From Octopus vulgaris (lineage: Eukaryota), in assembly GCA_951406725.2 (NCBI GenBank), contig OX597834.1, positions 19,964,001 to 20,028,000 on the forward strand: a stretch of 64,000 nucleotides of DNA, in the 5' to 3' direction. The notes under the pieces are model-generated. The model was given only the letters and a program-made list of their open reading frames with translations. It ran no database searches and was not told where the DNA came from. The translations under genes were made by a program, and so were the position numbers. Below are positions 1 through 14,821 of the stretch, piece after piece (within the stretch, counting starts at the first letter, position 1; every line of letters begins with the position of its first letter).

Positions 1-188
1 TAACACCTACACCATCATCACCAACCCCACCATGCCCACCATTCCTTTTACCATCAACATCCCCACCATACCAATACCCACATATACCAATAGCTCTCCT
101 CCACAAAGCCACCACCATCGTTACCACCATGATTTCAACTGCTATTGTTGCTGCTGCTGCTGCTGGTATTTTACATGCCATTTGCATT

Positions 189-240
<52 letters not shown>

Positions 241-444
241 CCTCTCTCCACATAGTGATGACAGTAAGTGATGCTCCGGGTGAAGTCAGGACCATAACAA
301 GGAATTATCTCCTCCACCACCAGCAGCAGCACCACCACCAACAGCATCACCACCATCACCATCAGTGGTGAATGGTTCTTTTACATGTTGGATTTTTGAA
401 GACATCCTGTCAGTTTGTCTCTGCCTCTCTCTCTCTCTCTCTCT

Positions 445-538
<94 letters not shown>

Positions 539-618
539 GTATATGTGTGTGTGCATGTGTGTGTGTTCTGTTCACACATATTAATACATAGGTATGCACA
601 TACACATAACATGTATGC

Positions 619-657
<39 letters not shown>

Positions 658-737
658 GAAACAGACAGACAGAAGCATATATGGATATTTGTATGTATGT
701 GTGTGTGTATAAATATATATATATATATATGTATATA

Positions 738-852
738 TATCACCGTGACCGACCAGGCTATCAGATGTTGCTACACATTGCTGGTTACAATGCACTTTGC
801 ATTGTTTTAGCCTTCAAATGACGCCACCCCGCTGGCTAAGCGAGCAGGCCAG
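738..852 (-). mobile_element. 3' fragment of another SINE family (second copy ~58535-58700)
   Basis: ccaggctatcagatgttg...gcattgttttagccttcaaatgacgccaccccgctggctaagcgagcaggcc recurs at ~58550-58645. Confidence 0.7.
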
Positions 853-925
853 TATATATATATATATATATAATGTATGTATGTACATAGGCATTGAGTG
901 TTTGAAGTATTGTACAGATATTGTA

Positions 926-1090
926 TATTGACAAAAAGGAGGCAATCAGAATTTTGGAGAATCCATTATTACTGCTTTCGTTCGTTTACGAACTCATCGA
1001 GATTTTGATTTTACCTTGATGAGTTCATAAACTAGCGAAAGTGCTAATAGAGGATTATCTAAAACTCTGACTGCCTCCTTTGCCTCAATA
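926..1090. repeat. Imperfect ~75-bp inverted repeat with decayed hammerhead-like motifs in both arms
   Basis: tattgacaaaaaggaggcaatcag...aactcatcgag pairs with cttgatgagttc...ctgactgcctcctttgcctcaata. The arms read (T)YGATGA-GTTCG(taaa)CGAAC-GAAAG on the minus strand and TTGATGA-G...C-GAAAG on the plus strand. Confidence 0.7.
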
Positions 1091-1106
1091 TATATATGCA
1101 TATATA

Positions 1107-1148
<42 letters not shown>

Positions 1149-1521
1149 GGACACACACGCACACAGAAATAGACCGTTACTTACACGCATGCACACATAC
1201 ACATAGATACACATGTATGCTTATGTATTTATCAATAAACACCTCCATCTCTGTATTAATTTCACCCCATATCTCTTCCATCATTCTTTTTTATTCTTTA
1301 ATCTAAATAGACTTTAAAATCCCTTTAAATAAACCTGCCTCACTTTTCTTAGTTTACCCACTCTCTCTCTCTCTCTCTCTCTCTATCTCCTGCTCTCCGT
1401 CCTCTATGCCAAAGCCCCTTTTCTCTCTCCATCTCTTTGTGTGTGTCTTTCTCTCTCTCTCTCTCTATCTGTCTTTCTCACTTTCTCTCTCTCTCTTTCT
1501 TTATCTCTCTATCTATCTATC

Positions 1522-1552
<31 letters not shown>

Positions 1553-2109
1553 CTTTCTCTCATTCTCTCTCTCTCTCTCTCTCTCTCACTGTTTATCTAT
1601 CTATCTTTCTCACCCCTTTCTCTGTCTTTCTCTCTTTCTCTCTTTCTATCTATCTATCTATCTTTCTACCTCCCTCCTTCCCTCTTTCTTTCTCTTTCTC
1701 TCACACTATCTATCTATCTATCTGTTTATCTATCTATCTATCCCTCTTTTCTCTCTCTCTCACCCACTCTCTCTCTCTCTCTATCTATCTCTTTCTTCCA
1801 ACTTCTTTACTCTTCCCCCACCATCTCCCTCTTTGTCTTCCATGTCATTCCTCATATCTCTCTAAATCTTTCTTTTCCCCCTTCCACTTCACTCCTCCCC
1901 CACCACCACCACCACCACCACTCTATCTCTCCTTCTTTATATTTTCCTCCTTATTTCTTATAAGCCTTATCGTTTTCCTTCTCACTTCCCTCATTATTTC
2001 ATTTCTCTTTCATTACACTCTCTCCCTGCTCCCCACCTCAACACCCTACTACCAACCTCATATTTCCTCTTCACACCACTATTCTTCTTATCATCATCAT
2101 CATCATCAC

Positions 2110-2160
<51 letters not shown>

Positions 2161-3456
2161 CATCATCATCATCATTTTTATTTCCACTTTTCTCACTTCT
2201 TTCCTCTTCATCTTTGATGTAAATCCACCCCACCCCCCGCCCCCACACGCACACACAAATTGTATACTGTCCTTGTAATGTCCCCCAAATTTAATGCCCC
2301 TTTGGCAAATAAAAGAAATCATCACTATTACCATCATCATCACCATCATCACCATCATCACCATCATCACCATCATCGCCATCATCAACAATGATTTCTT
2401 TTCTTCTTGAGGTTCTTTTTTCTCTCAAGACAAAATTTCCTTCTATCTTTCTTTCTTTTACATTTTCTTTCTTTCTTTCTCTCATTCTTTCTGCTTTCTT
2501 CTTCTCCACACCCTCTTTCCCTACGCACGTACCGTTTTCTCGCTTTCTTTCTCTCTGACCCTTTTAAACCTTAAACTCACCCTTAAAAGGCTTACCTTTC
2601 CTCATTTCCATATTTCACTCTCTCATGCAAGTCCTCAATTATATTCTGTCTGTCTCTTCACCTCTCCCCTCTCCCCGTCCTTCTTTCTCCCTCTTTCTCC
2701 AACGTATAGACAGACAGGCAGACAAGCAGATAGATAGATAGGTAGATAGATAGATACACACACACACACACAAGCATATACATATACTTATATTTAGATA
2801 GATATATCCATAGAGGGAGTGAGAGAGTGTGACAGAGAGACAAATAGATTGGTAGAGAAATATATAGATAGAAAGATAGATAGATAGGTAGATAGATAGG
2901 TAGATAGATAGATAGATAGGTAGGTAGGTAGGTAGGTAGGTAGGTAGGTAGGTAGGTAGGTAGGTAGGTTGGTAGGTAGGTAAATGGATAGAAAAATAGA
3001 TAGATAGATAGATAGACAGACAGATGGACCGGTAGATAGATAGATAGATATAGATATAAAGATTGATAGACAGATAGATAGATAGTTAGAGATACATAAA
3101 TACACATATATAAGTGTGTGTGTGTAGTGTATATATATTTATATACATGCATACATACATATATATATATATATATATAATTCATTTATGCTATATACAT
3201 CATAAACACACACACACACACACACATATTTATATATATCTCTATCTCTCCTGCTTGCACCATCTCTTCTCTCTCTCTCTCTCTCCCTCTCCCTTTATTT
3301 CTCCTATCTTTCCCTGTTTCTTCTTCATCTTCTCCATCTCATATTTCCAAGTGCCCATCCAGTCTCACTCTCCTCGCTCCACCTTATCTACTCTCCCTTT
3401 CCCTCTCTCTCTCTCTCCTCCATCTCTTCCTCTCTCTCTCTCTCTCTCTCTCTCTC

Positions 3457-3523
<67 letters not shown>

Positions 3524-4572
3524 CCGCTTCCGCTTCTCCAACTGCCCCCTTCGCTACCATCCAGCCTCACACCACTGCCTCTTGTTGCTAGACCGACCAA
3601 GTCACACAAACGACACTAGTCACAACTCACTCCACCTGGTTTGACTGTTTCTTTCATTAAAACTACGCAGTCAGCCTGACCACAGTATCATCAGCTTATC
3701 ACACACACACATACACACACACACACACACACGTGTACTAAATCAATCACATAGTCTGACTTACATACAAACACACATATGAAAGTACACACACTCTCAC
3801 ACACATGCACATATAAATGCATACGCGCACACATGCAAGTGTACAAATACACATATACACACACTAACTTTAACTTTTGCAAATACATGCGTTTGATCAC
3901 ACGCACACATGCATATATTTATTTATGAATATACATACACACACACGCATATATTTATGTGTGAATATACATTTGCACATACGCACACATATTTGTTATA
4001 TGAATATATATATGGACACATATACATATATTTATGTATGAATATGCATAAATATACACACACACACACATGTATATTTATGTATACACATGCACATATA
4101 CATATTTATGCATGAATACACACACACACATATTTATGTATAGATATACATATGCATGCACACATACATATATTTATATATGAATACACATACACACACA
4201 TATTTATGGATAAATATAAATACGCATGCACACACATGTATTTATGATTGAATATACATACATATATACACACACACATGTATTTATGTATACATATGCA
4301 TATGCATGCACACACACATATATTTCTGTGTGAATATACAAACACACATATACATCCATATTTATGTATGAATATACATACGCACACACATATTTAAGTA
4401 TGAATCTACACACACAAAGTTACATATTCACGCAATTACATATACACACACAATAAAATGTACACGCACTGACACAGATACACATATGCATACATACTCT
4501 CATTGGTATTCATAACAACAGAAACTTAAACACACACACATATTCGCAAACACTATCACACACATACACATA

Positions 4573-4701
<129 letters not shown>

Positions 4702-5559
4702 ATGCATGTATGTACAGACACATTCATTTTATACATATAAAGTGCATACATATGCACTCACTTTATATATGCACACATACTATAAACACACACACACACA
4801 TGCACACATGTGCTTGCAAAGACTCATTCAGACATTATTCGGCTATATAGATATAGATGCATTCCTCACATATGTACATACATGCACATGCATACACACA
4901 CACAGACAAACATGCAGCACACATACACAGACACAAACTCACAGACTTTTACACACATACATGCATGAATACATATGCATAGCATATATACACTCACTCA
5001 CATAGATGCTTGGTACATACAAACACACACACATACATACACACAGATGCATAATGTACACATGCACACGTACACTCACATAGTGCATAGTAAACACACA
5101 CACACACAGAGTCACATTCACATATACATAGATGCATAGGACACTCTTATACATACAGAACACCTACAGGAACACACACATATATAGGTGCATTGTACAT
5201 ACACACATGCACACACACTTGCACAAACACGCATATATAGATGCATATATATGGCTCAAACACACACACACAAACACACATACACATACAAACATGCTCA
5301 CACATACATAGAGGCATAGGACACTCACACACATACAAACATACACATACATACACTTGCACAGACACACATATATAGGTGTATTGCACATACACACATG
5401 CACACACACGCTTGCACAGACATGCATATATAGATGCAAATATACAGTACATACACACACACACACACACACATAAACACATACACATACAGACATGTTC
5501 GCACATACATAGAGTCATAGGACACACACACACATACAGACACACACGCACAGATGCAT

Positions 5560-6115
5560 GCAGACAGCATCACATTGCTGTGCATCCGTTGGCAGCGGTG
5601 CTGTCTCTTTCTCTCTCTCCCTCTGTCAGCAGCATCAATGTAAGCGGCAGCAGCAGCAGCAGCAGCAGTGATCGTAGTAGTAATAGTAGTAGTAGTAGTA
5701 GTAGTAGTAACAGTAGTAGCAGTAGTTGCCGAAGAAGGTAGGTTGGTGTGGCAAAGGCGTAAAAGACTGCAAAGACGGCAAGGCGACAAGGGAGGGGGAA
5801 GTCGGCAAGGGAAGGCGGCGGGTAAAAAGGTAAACCAAGCGCACGCTGATGATTCTGTCGTGGTTTACAGCCGGCAACAGGCAGTTTATTTTGCGCGTCG
5901 CACGCCTGTTGAATGAACATGTGTTCATGTTTTATTCCGTCGGTGCACGGCTGCATCGAGTTATTTTCCCGGGTGCACTCTATGTAGCGAGTTCAACGTG
6001 ATAAACCAATGACACCCGGTGCATTGCAGCTGACGGTGCCTTCTGTCGCGCAGCGCACCTCTGGGACTGTGACCGACGCCAGCATCGGTCACACATCGGA
6101 CATCCTCGTACATGT
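5560..6115 (+). promoter_or_regulatory. CpG-rich island; candidate promoter / non-coding first exon
   Basis: Unique sequence with many CpGs in an otherwise CpG-poor window, 3 kb upstream of the coding exon. Donor-like sites are GAAG|GTAGGT (~5737) and AAAG|GTAAAC (~5829). Confidence 0.45.
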
Positions 6116-7262
6116 TATTCTGACCATTCTACCATATTACGTGTTAATCTTCCTCACGCTCTCCTTCCACTTTATCTCTCTACTCTGGCTCCGTCTCCAT
6201 CAACTTCAAAGTCTCTCTCACCTCATCTTCCCAAGATATTTTCCTTCTCTCTTCTTCCTCAGACCATTCACCTTTCCAAAGTCTCCTCTGTTTTTCCTCT
6301 TATTTTTATTTATTTCATCCGATAACTTCTATTCTTGACATCCACTTCAAAATAGAAAACTAACCATTTTTGTTTTCATTTTTTTTCCTTCTTTGCTCTT
6401 TGTTTAATTTCCTTCTATCTTTCCTCTTTCCAAAAAGTCCTTCCTTCACACTTCTACGTCTCATATAAACTAAACACTCCCCCTCTCTCTCTCTCATACA
6501 TAATCCCTCTCTCAGTCTAATTATCTCACTACTGTCTCTTTGCCTCTTTCTCTCTTTCTATCCCTCTGTTTGTCTCTTTCTCACTCACACAGACTCTCTC
6601 CCCTTCTCTCTCTCTCTCTGTCGTGGCTCTAGCTATCTCACTGCCTCTGTCTGTTTTCCTCTCACTTACACTCACATTCTCTTTCTCTCTCTTTCAAATT
6701 CTACTCCCCCTTTCACTCATATCTCCCTTTCATACACACACAAGTTTGTCTACTTTCACTATCTTTCCTTCTCTCATACACTCTGTCTTCCTTTCTCTCT
6801 TTCACTAAAGTTCCACTTCTTCTTCCACTCACTTCTATCTTTCACTAATTCATCTACTTTCACTTTCTTTTTTACACTTCCTCTTTCCTCTTGCTCTAAA
6901 CTCATATTTCTTCTACTCATCTCTCCATTTCTCACAAGTTCATTCACCTTCACCCACTCACTCTCTTATTTCCCTCTCTCACACTCTATTATTCTATCTT
7001 TCATTCTCACCAAACTCTTTCTCTTTTTATCCATATCTTCATTTCACCCTTAAAAAACCTTTTCTTTTTACTCATCTCTACTTCTCTTCTTCTGTGCACC
7101 CTTCTCTCTCTCTCTCTCTGTCACACACATATCTCTTTTCTAATTCTTTAAAACTCATCACTCTCCCCCACTTCATCCATAGACCATACATCTGTAACTC
7201 CCTCTTTTATCCATCCAGTCATCCATCCATCTATCTATCCATCCATCAATCCATCCATCCAT

Positions 7263-7352
<90 letters not shown>

Positions 7353-8149
7353 ATCTCTGTGTGTGTTTCTCTTGGTGTATACATACACATATATATATAT
7401 ATACATGCATATAGAAAGACAGTTAGATAATAGATGGAGGGATAGAGAAGATAGACAGCTCTTAAACTAATTTCTCAGTAAATTATCCACCCGATCTCTT
7501 TAAGTCTTCCATCTACCTGTTGTCACTAAATTCCCATTCTCTTCCTTCATCAAACAATCACTTTCTCTCTTCATTCATCTATCTATCTATCTCTACATTA
7601 CTTCTCTCTCTCTCTCTCTCTCTTCTCTCAATCTATCTATTTATCTCTCTGTCTACTTACCTAACAACATAACTTCTGTACAAGATTTATCACATCATCC
7701 ACCTATACCTACCTATTAACCTATCTAGCTATCTGTCTGTCTATTTGTCTATCCCATACCTAAACGAACCAGATAGTTGCTAGCCATCTATCCATCAACT
7801 GACTATTCATTCATCATCGTTTTTTTTATATTTATCTCCTCGTTTTTTTAAATCTTTCTCTCCCTCACTTTCTCCCCCATTCTGTCTGTCTCTAAGTTTA
7901 TCTATCTCCACATACAAGTACATACACACACAAGAACTCACATACATACATATATGTGCATGCATGTGTGTATGTGTGCATGTGTATGTAAATATGTATG
8001 TATATATATGCCTATAATTTTCATCCCTTGAATTTTTTTTCTTTCTCTCAGTCAATCCATCTAACTTTTCTTTATCCGTAAAAATATACGCAAAACTCTT
8101 ATTTTTCTATATCACCCCCCAGCTGTTTCTATATACATCCATCTATCCA

Positions 8150-8185
<36 letters not shown>

Positions 8186-8246
8186 TCAGTCTATCTATCT
8201 ATCTGCCTATCTATTTCTTTATATATATATATATATATATATATAC

Positions 8247-8293
<47 letters not shown>

Positions 8294-8902
8294 CACTCCC
8301 ACACATACCCACACACACACACAAACACACACACACATACCTATCTGTCCATGTAATCCTTCTCCTCAACCTCTCCCCGTTCTCTTTTCTTCCTGTCCCT
8401 TACACTCGCTCCCTCTTCTGATCCATTCACTCATCTCTCCGTCTCCCCGTTCATCCATTCATCCTTCCCCTGCTCTCCCCTTTCACACTTTGCTTCCTAT
8501 ATCCATTCAGACTCTCAGCCTCTGCTTGCTCCTTTATTCTTCCTCTCCTCTTTCTTCTTCTTTGTCACCACCACCACCACCACCACCACCACCGCCGCCG
8601 CCACCACTACCATCATCGTCATCATCATATTTGTCATCAACAGTTTCTTTATTTACTTCTTCTTTGTAACCCCCTTTCTCTCTTTCTCTCTCTCTCTCTC
8701 TCTTCTTCTTTTGCTTGCTCGCTTCGTCTCCCTACCATAAACACACACATAAACATACATAAACATATACATACAGGCACATAAACACATATGTAATAAA
8801 TGCATACACATACACACGGAAACCTGGATTTTACCTTTTTTTCCATTGGAAAGTTTTTTATCATCCTCAAACAAAAACAACAACAACAACAGCAACAATA
8901 AT

Positions 8903-8959
<57 letters not shown>

Positions 8960-9100
8960 GGCTGCCGTTTCGGTGTTGATGGCAGTGTTTACGGAATACA
9001 ACAACGGTGGAACCGTCTTCTGTACTTGTGGCATTTATAGGAATTACATTGACTGCTGCTCGCGGACGAAGTGACGCTTGGTGTTCACGACCCGGCCAAG

Positions 9101-9319
9101 ATGACCACAAGTGTCCAACAACAACAGCAGCAGCAGCAACAGCAGCAACAACAACAACAGCAACAATCGCAAAAGGAGGGTAAACAGGGGTCCAGTCGGA
9201 TACCTGTGGCACGAGTAAATAGCAGTGGCAGCTGGGACACTATACTACCTGAGGACCTCGACGACGCTTTACACCCACCCCTCGCTGACGACTCAGGGGC
9301 CACCACGGATAGAGCTCAG
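9101..9319 (+). CDS. Putative first coding exon (73 codons, phase 0) of an unidentified gene; polyQ N-terminus with SxIP-like motif
   Basis: ATG in good context (gccaagATGa). The frame reads MTTSV-(Q)17-SQKEGKQGSSRIPVARVNSSGSWDTILPEDLDDALHPPLADDSGATTDRAQ, with mixed CAA/CAG codons and complex, GC-richer sequence. It ends at a consensus donor CTCAG|GTAAGA (9319/9320). A possible upstream acceptor is ttctgtacttgtggcatttatag| at 9040/9041. The family was not recognised. Confidence 0.72.
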
Positions 9320-10014
9320 GTAAGAACTGTAGAACTTGACCCTGCAACCTCCCACCCCATGACACTATCCTCTGACCTCTTAATTCATCCATCCACCCGT
9401 GCATCCATTCTCCGATTTTCAGATTTTTTTCCCCCACCCTCAACACGGAACTTGCTGTCCCATTTTACTTTCCAGATTCGAAGTTTATATATGTTTGGCG
9501 TGATATAAATCCGGTTGATTTGGTTTGTGTGTATACCTGTGTACATGTGCATATGTGTGTGGTGTGGGCGGGTGGTAGGAAAGGAGTGAGAGGGGAAAGT
9601 GCAGGGGGAAGAGAGGTCAAAGGTCGACTCTAGTAATAAATGTTTGATTCTGCCGTGGCAGGGAGGTAATATAGATCTGTACGCTCCTGGCTGATGTATT
9701 CCAACTCACTTATCCCATAACTCTTCACTGCTGCTGGACAGAAACTTTTCTTTACACACACAGACACAAACACACACACACACACACACACGCACACATG
9801 TACACATGCACACGCATGTATGTATGCATGTAGCTGTATGTGGAAATGTGTTTATATCTCTATGTTTCTATGCGTATCTTACATCATGTGCTCTCAATAT
9901 GTAACTTTAACGTCATTTAAAAGTTAACATACAATATTTCTGTATTTCTATATTTTTATCCTGTATCTTATACATGATATACCATATATATATTATATAT
10001 AATATACATATAGG

Positions 10015-10050
<36 letters not shown>

Positions 10051-10265
10051 TACATATATATATATATTATGTATCTATATTATAAATATATTATATGTAG
10101 TATATATACTATACATACATTTAATAGTTTTGTTTATATACTATATATCTATAATATGTATGCATAATATACATACACTCACACACATATGCATACATAC
10201 ATACACACACATATACATTCATACATACATACACACATACATACATACATACATACATACATACA

Positions 10266-10301
<36 letters not shown>

Positions 10302-10428
10302 TGTGTGTATGTCTGTGTGTACATACATGCAATCATACATACACAGATTAACATATACACACATACAAACACATATATAATTCTATTGTTATTATATTTT
10401 ATTGTTATGCACTTATACACCATTTCAA

Positions 10429-10462
<34 letters not shown>

Positions 10463-10649
10463 TTACAAAATATATATTATTATTAAAGTAATTTTCTTTT
10501 TTATCCTTGTAATACTGTTTGTGGATTTGAATGTTTTCTGTATGTATTGCCCTCAACTTACATGGATATTATTACTCAATAATAATGATAATAACAATAT
10601 AATAATGATAATGATAATGTAAATGGCAATAATAGTTGTAGTAGTTTCA

Positions 10650-11199
10650 CATTTTTATACAGCAAGGCCAGAAATTTTAAGGGAACTTCAACCACAGTGT
10701 ACAACTGGTGGGTATTTCATTGACCCTGGAGCCACAAAAAGCAACAATAATTATAATCTTTTCTATTAAAGGCACAAAGCCTGATGATGATAATAATAGT
10801 AATGATGATGATGGTTTCAAAATTTGGCACAGGCCCACAATTTTGCAGGGAAAGGGAAAGCTAATTTCATCTACCCCAGAGCTCAACTGGTATTTATTTC
10901 ATTAACCCCTGAAAGGCTCAAGGACAAAGTAAACCTTTGTGGGATTTGAACTCAGTGTGTGAAGGTGGACTAAATAGTGCTAAGCATTTCAGCAAGCATG
11001 CTAACAATTCTGCCACCTAACCAGCTACAATAACAATAATAATGATGATGATAATAATAATAATAATGGTTTCAAATTTTGCCACAAGGACAGTCATTTT
11101 AGGGGAGGAGGACTAGTCCATTACATCAACCCCCAGTGTTACACTGGTACTTAATTTATTGACCCCAAAAGGGCGAAAGGCAAAGTTGACCTCAACTGA

Positions 11200-11245
<46 letters not shown>

Positions 11246-11726
11246 GTGATGATGATGATGATAACCCTTTCAGCTATAAGCACAAGGCCTGAAATTGTGG
11301 GGCAGGGAACTAGTTGATTATATCGACCCCAGTGTTTCACTGGTACTTTATTTAACGGCCTTGAAAGGATGAAAGGCGAAGTTGACCTCAGCAGAATTTA
11401 ATAATAACAATAATAATAACAAATGAATTTCTAATGTTACACGTGAACTATCAGGTGTACTTAATTTCTATGATGTCATCAGCATCATTTCCTTGTACCA
11501 AAGAAGACAATTTCCATGTAAATTTGTGGTGTTCATGCTTTCCGCTGGAGCATTAAAGAAATGAATGGAACCATTGTGAATAAGACCAGGTAATAATAAC
11601 ATTGTTTTACTGGTCCCAGAATAAAGGAAGGCTAAAGTCAGCCTAGAGTGGAATTTGAACCACAGAATGTAGAGGAATTTCAGAAAATGCTTTCAAGATA
11701 GCACCAACAATAACAACAGCAACAAC

Positions 11727-11767
<41 letters not shown>

Positions 11768-12560
11768 TAATAACAATAGTTTCTGGTGTAGGCACAAGGC
11801 CAGCAATTTTGAGGAGTGGCTATTAGTTGATAACATTGACTCCAGTATTTCACTGGTATTCTAGTTTATTAACATTGAAGGGAAGAAAATTAAAGTGAAC
11901 CACTGCAGGATTTGAACTCCAGATATTAAGAAGGCATGAGGCCAAAAGTTCTGAGGAGAGGCTGTCTGTCGATTACATCGACCCCAGAGTTTCACTGGTA
12001 CTGGGGTACTTTATTTTATCGATACCAGAAGGAGAAAACAGCAAAGCTGACTTTGGCTGGATTTGAACCCAGAATGTAAAGAAAGAGCTGGACCAAATTC
12101 TGTTAGGCAATTTGGTATTTTTTTTTTCCCCTGTGTTCTAACAAATCTGCCAGCTCACAACCTTAGATATAACAACAACAACAGCAATAATATTAATGTG
12201 GTGATGACGATGGAGGTGGTGATGCTGGTGGTGGTGGTGATGGTGATGGTGATGATGATGATGGTGGTGGTGGTGGTGGTGGTGGTGGTGATTTATATTT
12301 GCCTCGAGGGAGCTTTACAAATATGGTAGAAAGGTGTTACATTGAATCAATCATGTAAAAAAAGTAAAAAAAAAAAAGAAAGCAAGAAACAAACATAGAA
12401 TTAATAATAATAATGATGATGATGATGATGAGGATGATTCTTTCTAATTTTTGGCACAAGGCCAGCAATTTTGAGGGGAAGTGCAAGTTGGGCACATCAG
12501 CCACCCAGTGCTCAACGGGTACTTATTTTACCCACCCCAAAAAGATGAAAGGCATCTGAT
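10650..12560 (-). mobile_element. Cluster of about seven partial Nin/Deu-type SINE copies separated by (TAA)n/(TGA)n
   Basis: Repeated ggcacaaggcc...accccagtg...ctggtactta...gaaaggcaaagttgacc segments, all in the same orientation. Confidence 0.78.
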
Positions 12561-13017
12561 GATGATGATGATGATTTTTTTTATTAGCCACAGGGGCACA
12601 GTTGAAGGGGGACATAAAAGCAATGAATGAAAGGTCTTTAAACACCATGTGTATGCGTGAGTGTGTGCATGTGTACACATATGTGTGTTTGTGGGCATCA
12701 GAGTGCATGTGTGTGTGCATGTGCATGTGTGTGTGCATGTGTGTGCATGTGTGTGCATGCATGTGTGCATGTGTATGTGTGTGTATGTATGGGCATGAGA
12801 GAGTGTGTATGTGTGTGTGTGCAGATATGTGTGTGTGCAGATATGTGTGCGTGCATGTGGGTGTGTGAGTGTGTGTATTTAATTCACTTCATGTGCTTGC
12901 ATGGTAGTTGTTTCATCAACCCTTGGATGAGTAGCAAGACAGGGTTGTTCTTGGTGGGATTTGAACTCAAAACATGTACTGGTATTGGTGGTAGGGTCAA
13001 TAAATAAACACTGATTT

Positions 13018-13051
<34 letters not shown>

Positions 13052-13605
13052 CACATATAGACAGGCACACACACACACATGCACATACATATGAAATATT
13101 CATAACAATATATAAATACATTTAACAGTGTCCAATCTTTTGAATTATTACATTATACCAATGATGATGATGATGATGATGATAATAATATATTAATAAT
13201 GGGGGTGCTAATTTCGAAATTGATGAAAAGACTACTACTGTATAACATGATTCCATCACAAATTTGTTTCTGTGTTTGTGTGTGTTTGTGTGTGTGTGCG
13301 TATGTGTGGTTGTGTGTACAGACTGAACGACAGACGAAAAAAGAGAGAAAAAGACAGACACTGAGAGAGACATGGCTCACACATATGGTAGACAGTTTCT
13401 CATATATACATGTGTACATGTACATACACACACCCACACATACACACACACACATATTTATATATATAAACACACACACACACACATATACATAATGGAG
13501 AAATTGAACAAAATGCATAAATAAATGATGATTAAATCACCGGCACAGTTTTGATTAGTTAGGTAGATAGATAGATACATTCATAGACACACACATGCAC
13601 ATAGC

Positions 13606-13637
<32 letters not shown>

Positions 13638-14569
13638 ATGCATGCAGTCATACATGCTTGTATGTGCGTATATATGTGTGCATGTAATATTATACACGTG
13701 CATACATTCATAATGTGTGTATGAAAACATGCACACACACACACACACACATATATATATAAGCACAAACACACAGAAGTGCGTGTAGGTATTTCTTATT
13801 GCATAAACGCACTCTCTTTAAATGCAGAATACAATGCCACCACGCATGCAACAGATGCTAAAGTTAAGCTCACATGTGCACTACCTGTTGCACCGAGTAA
13901 ATTTCTTCCCTGCGCAGCCACATGCACATATGTTTGCCCATACCTACTGACACACATGCACACATACACTCACACACATGCACACACACACACACACACA
14001 CATGCACACACGTGTCTGCTGTATATTTCTATGAACCTGCGTTTACGAACATTAACAGCCAGCCTGCCTGCCTGCTTTTCACTTCAGCATCTCGCAATCT
14101 CTAACTCCATTCTGCATCCGCTCGTTTCTATCTCCCTCGCCTCACTTCTCTCTCCATCTTTCTCTCTCTTTCGCTCTGTCTCCCTCTTCTTCAATCTAGC
14201 GGTATGTGCCAAGAATTCGATAGACACGTGGTTAACAGACACACTTCACACCTCTTGCTTTTTTGCTTCGTATTATGGTTTGTTTTATGAAAAATAAATA
14301 AAAAGGCTGTTCATTCTTTTAAAATTTGTTTTGCCTGTGTTTTAAGAGTCCAATTTTCTGCTTGTGAAAGAAGGGGTTGATGCAGGAGTATTAATAGAAT
14401 GTATTGCTAGGAATATGACAATCTAAAGGACCAGTTATAAGCAGCATGGCTTCGTTAGTATCAATAATACAACAATAGAATATAATCATAATAAAAACGA
14501 TGATTTCAAAAAATAATAATGATGACAATATCGGTGCTGCCGCTGCTACTGTTGCTGCTGCTGATGATG

Positions 14570-14786
14570 ATTTCAAATTTTGCCACAAGGGCAGCAATTT
14601 CAGAGGTGGGGATTTGGCAATTACATCGACCCCCCCCCCAACCGTATTCATCTGGTACTTATTTTATCGACCTTCCCACAAAAGGATGAAAAGCAAAGTT
14701 GACATCACGGGAATTTGAACTCAGACTGCAAAGACAGGCAAAATGTTGCTGAGCATTTTGACCAGCATACTAGCAATACGGCCAGA

Positions 14787-14821
<35 letters not shown>

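Noticed and set aside
5570-5956. 128-aa minus-strand ORF in the CpG-rich block
   Set aside because: No recognisable domain, the C-terminal half is (CTA/CTG)n-derived, and open frames are expected in GC-richer DNA.
8979-9319. Programmed frameshift joining the uORF to the main ORF (antizyme-like)
   Set aside because: It would need a -1 shift, no slippery heptamer is present, the UCC-UGA +1 signal is absent, and the main ORF has its own good ATG.
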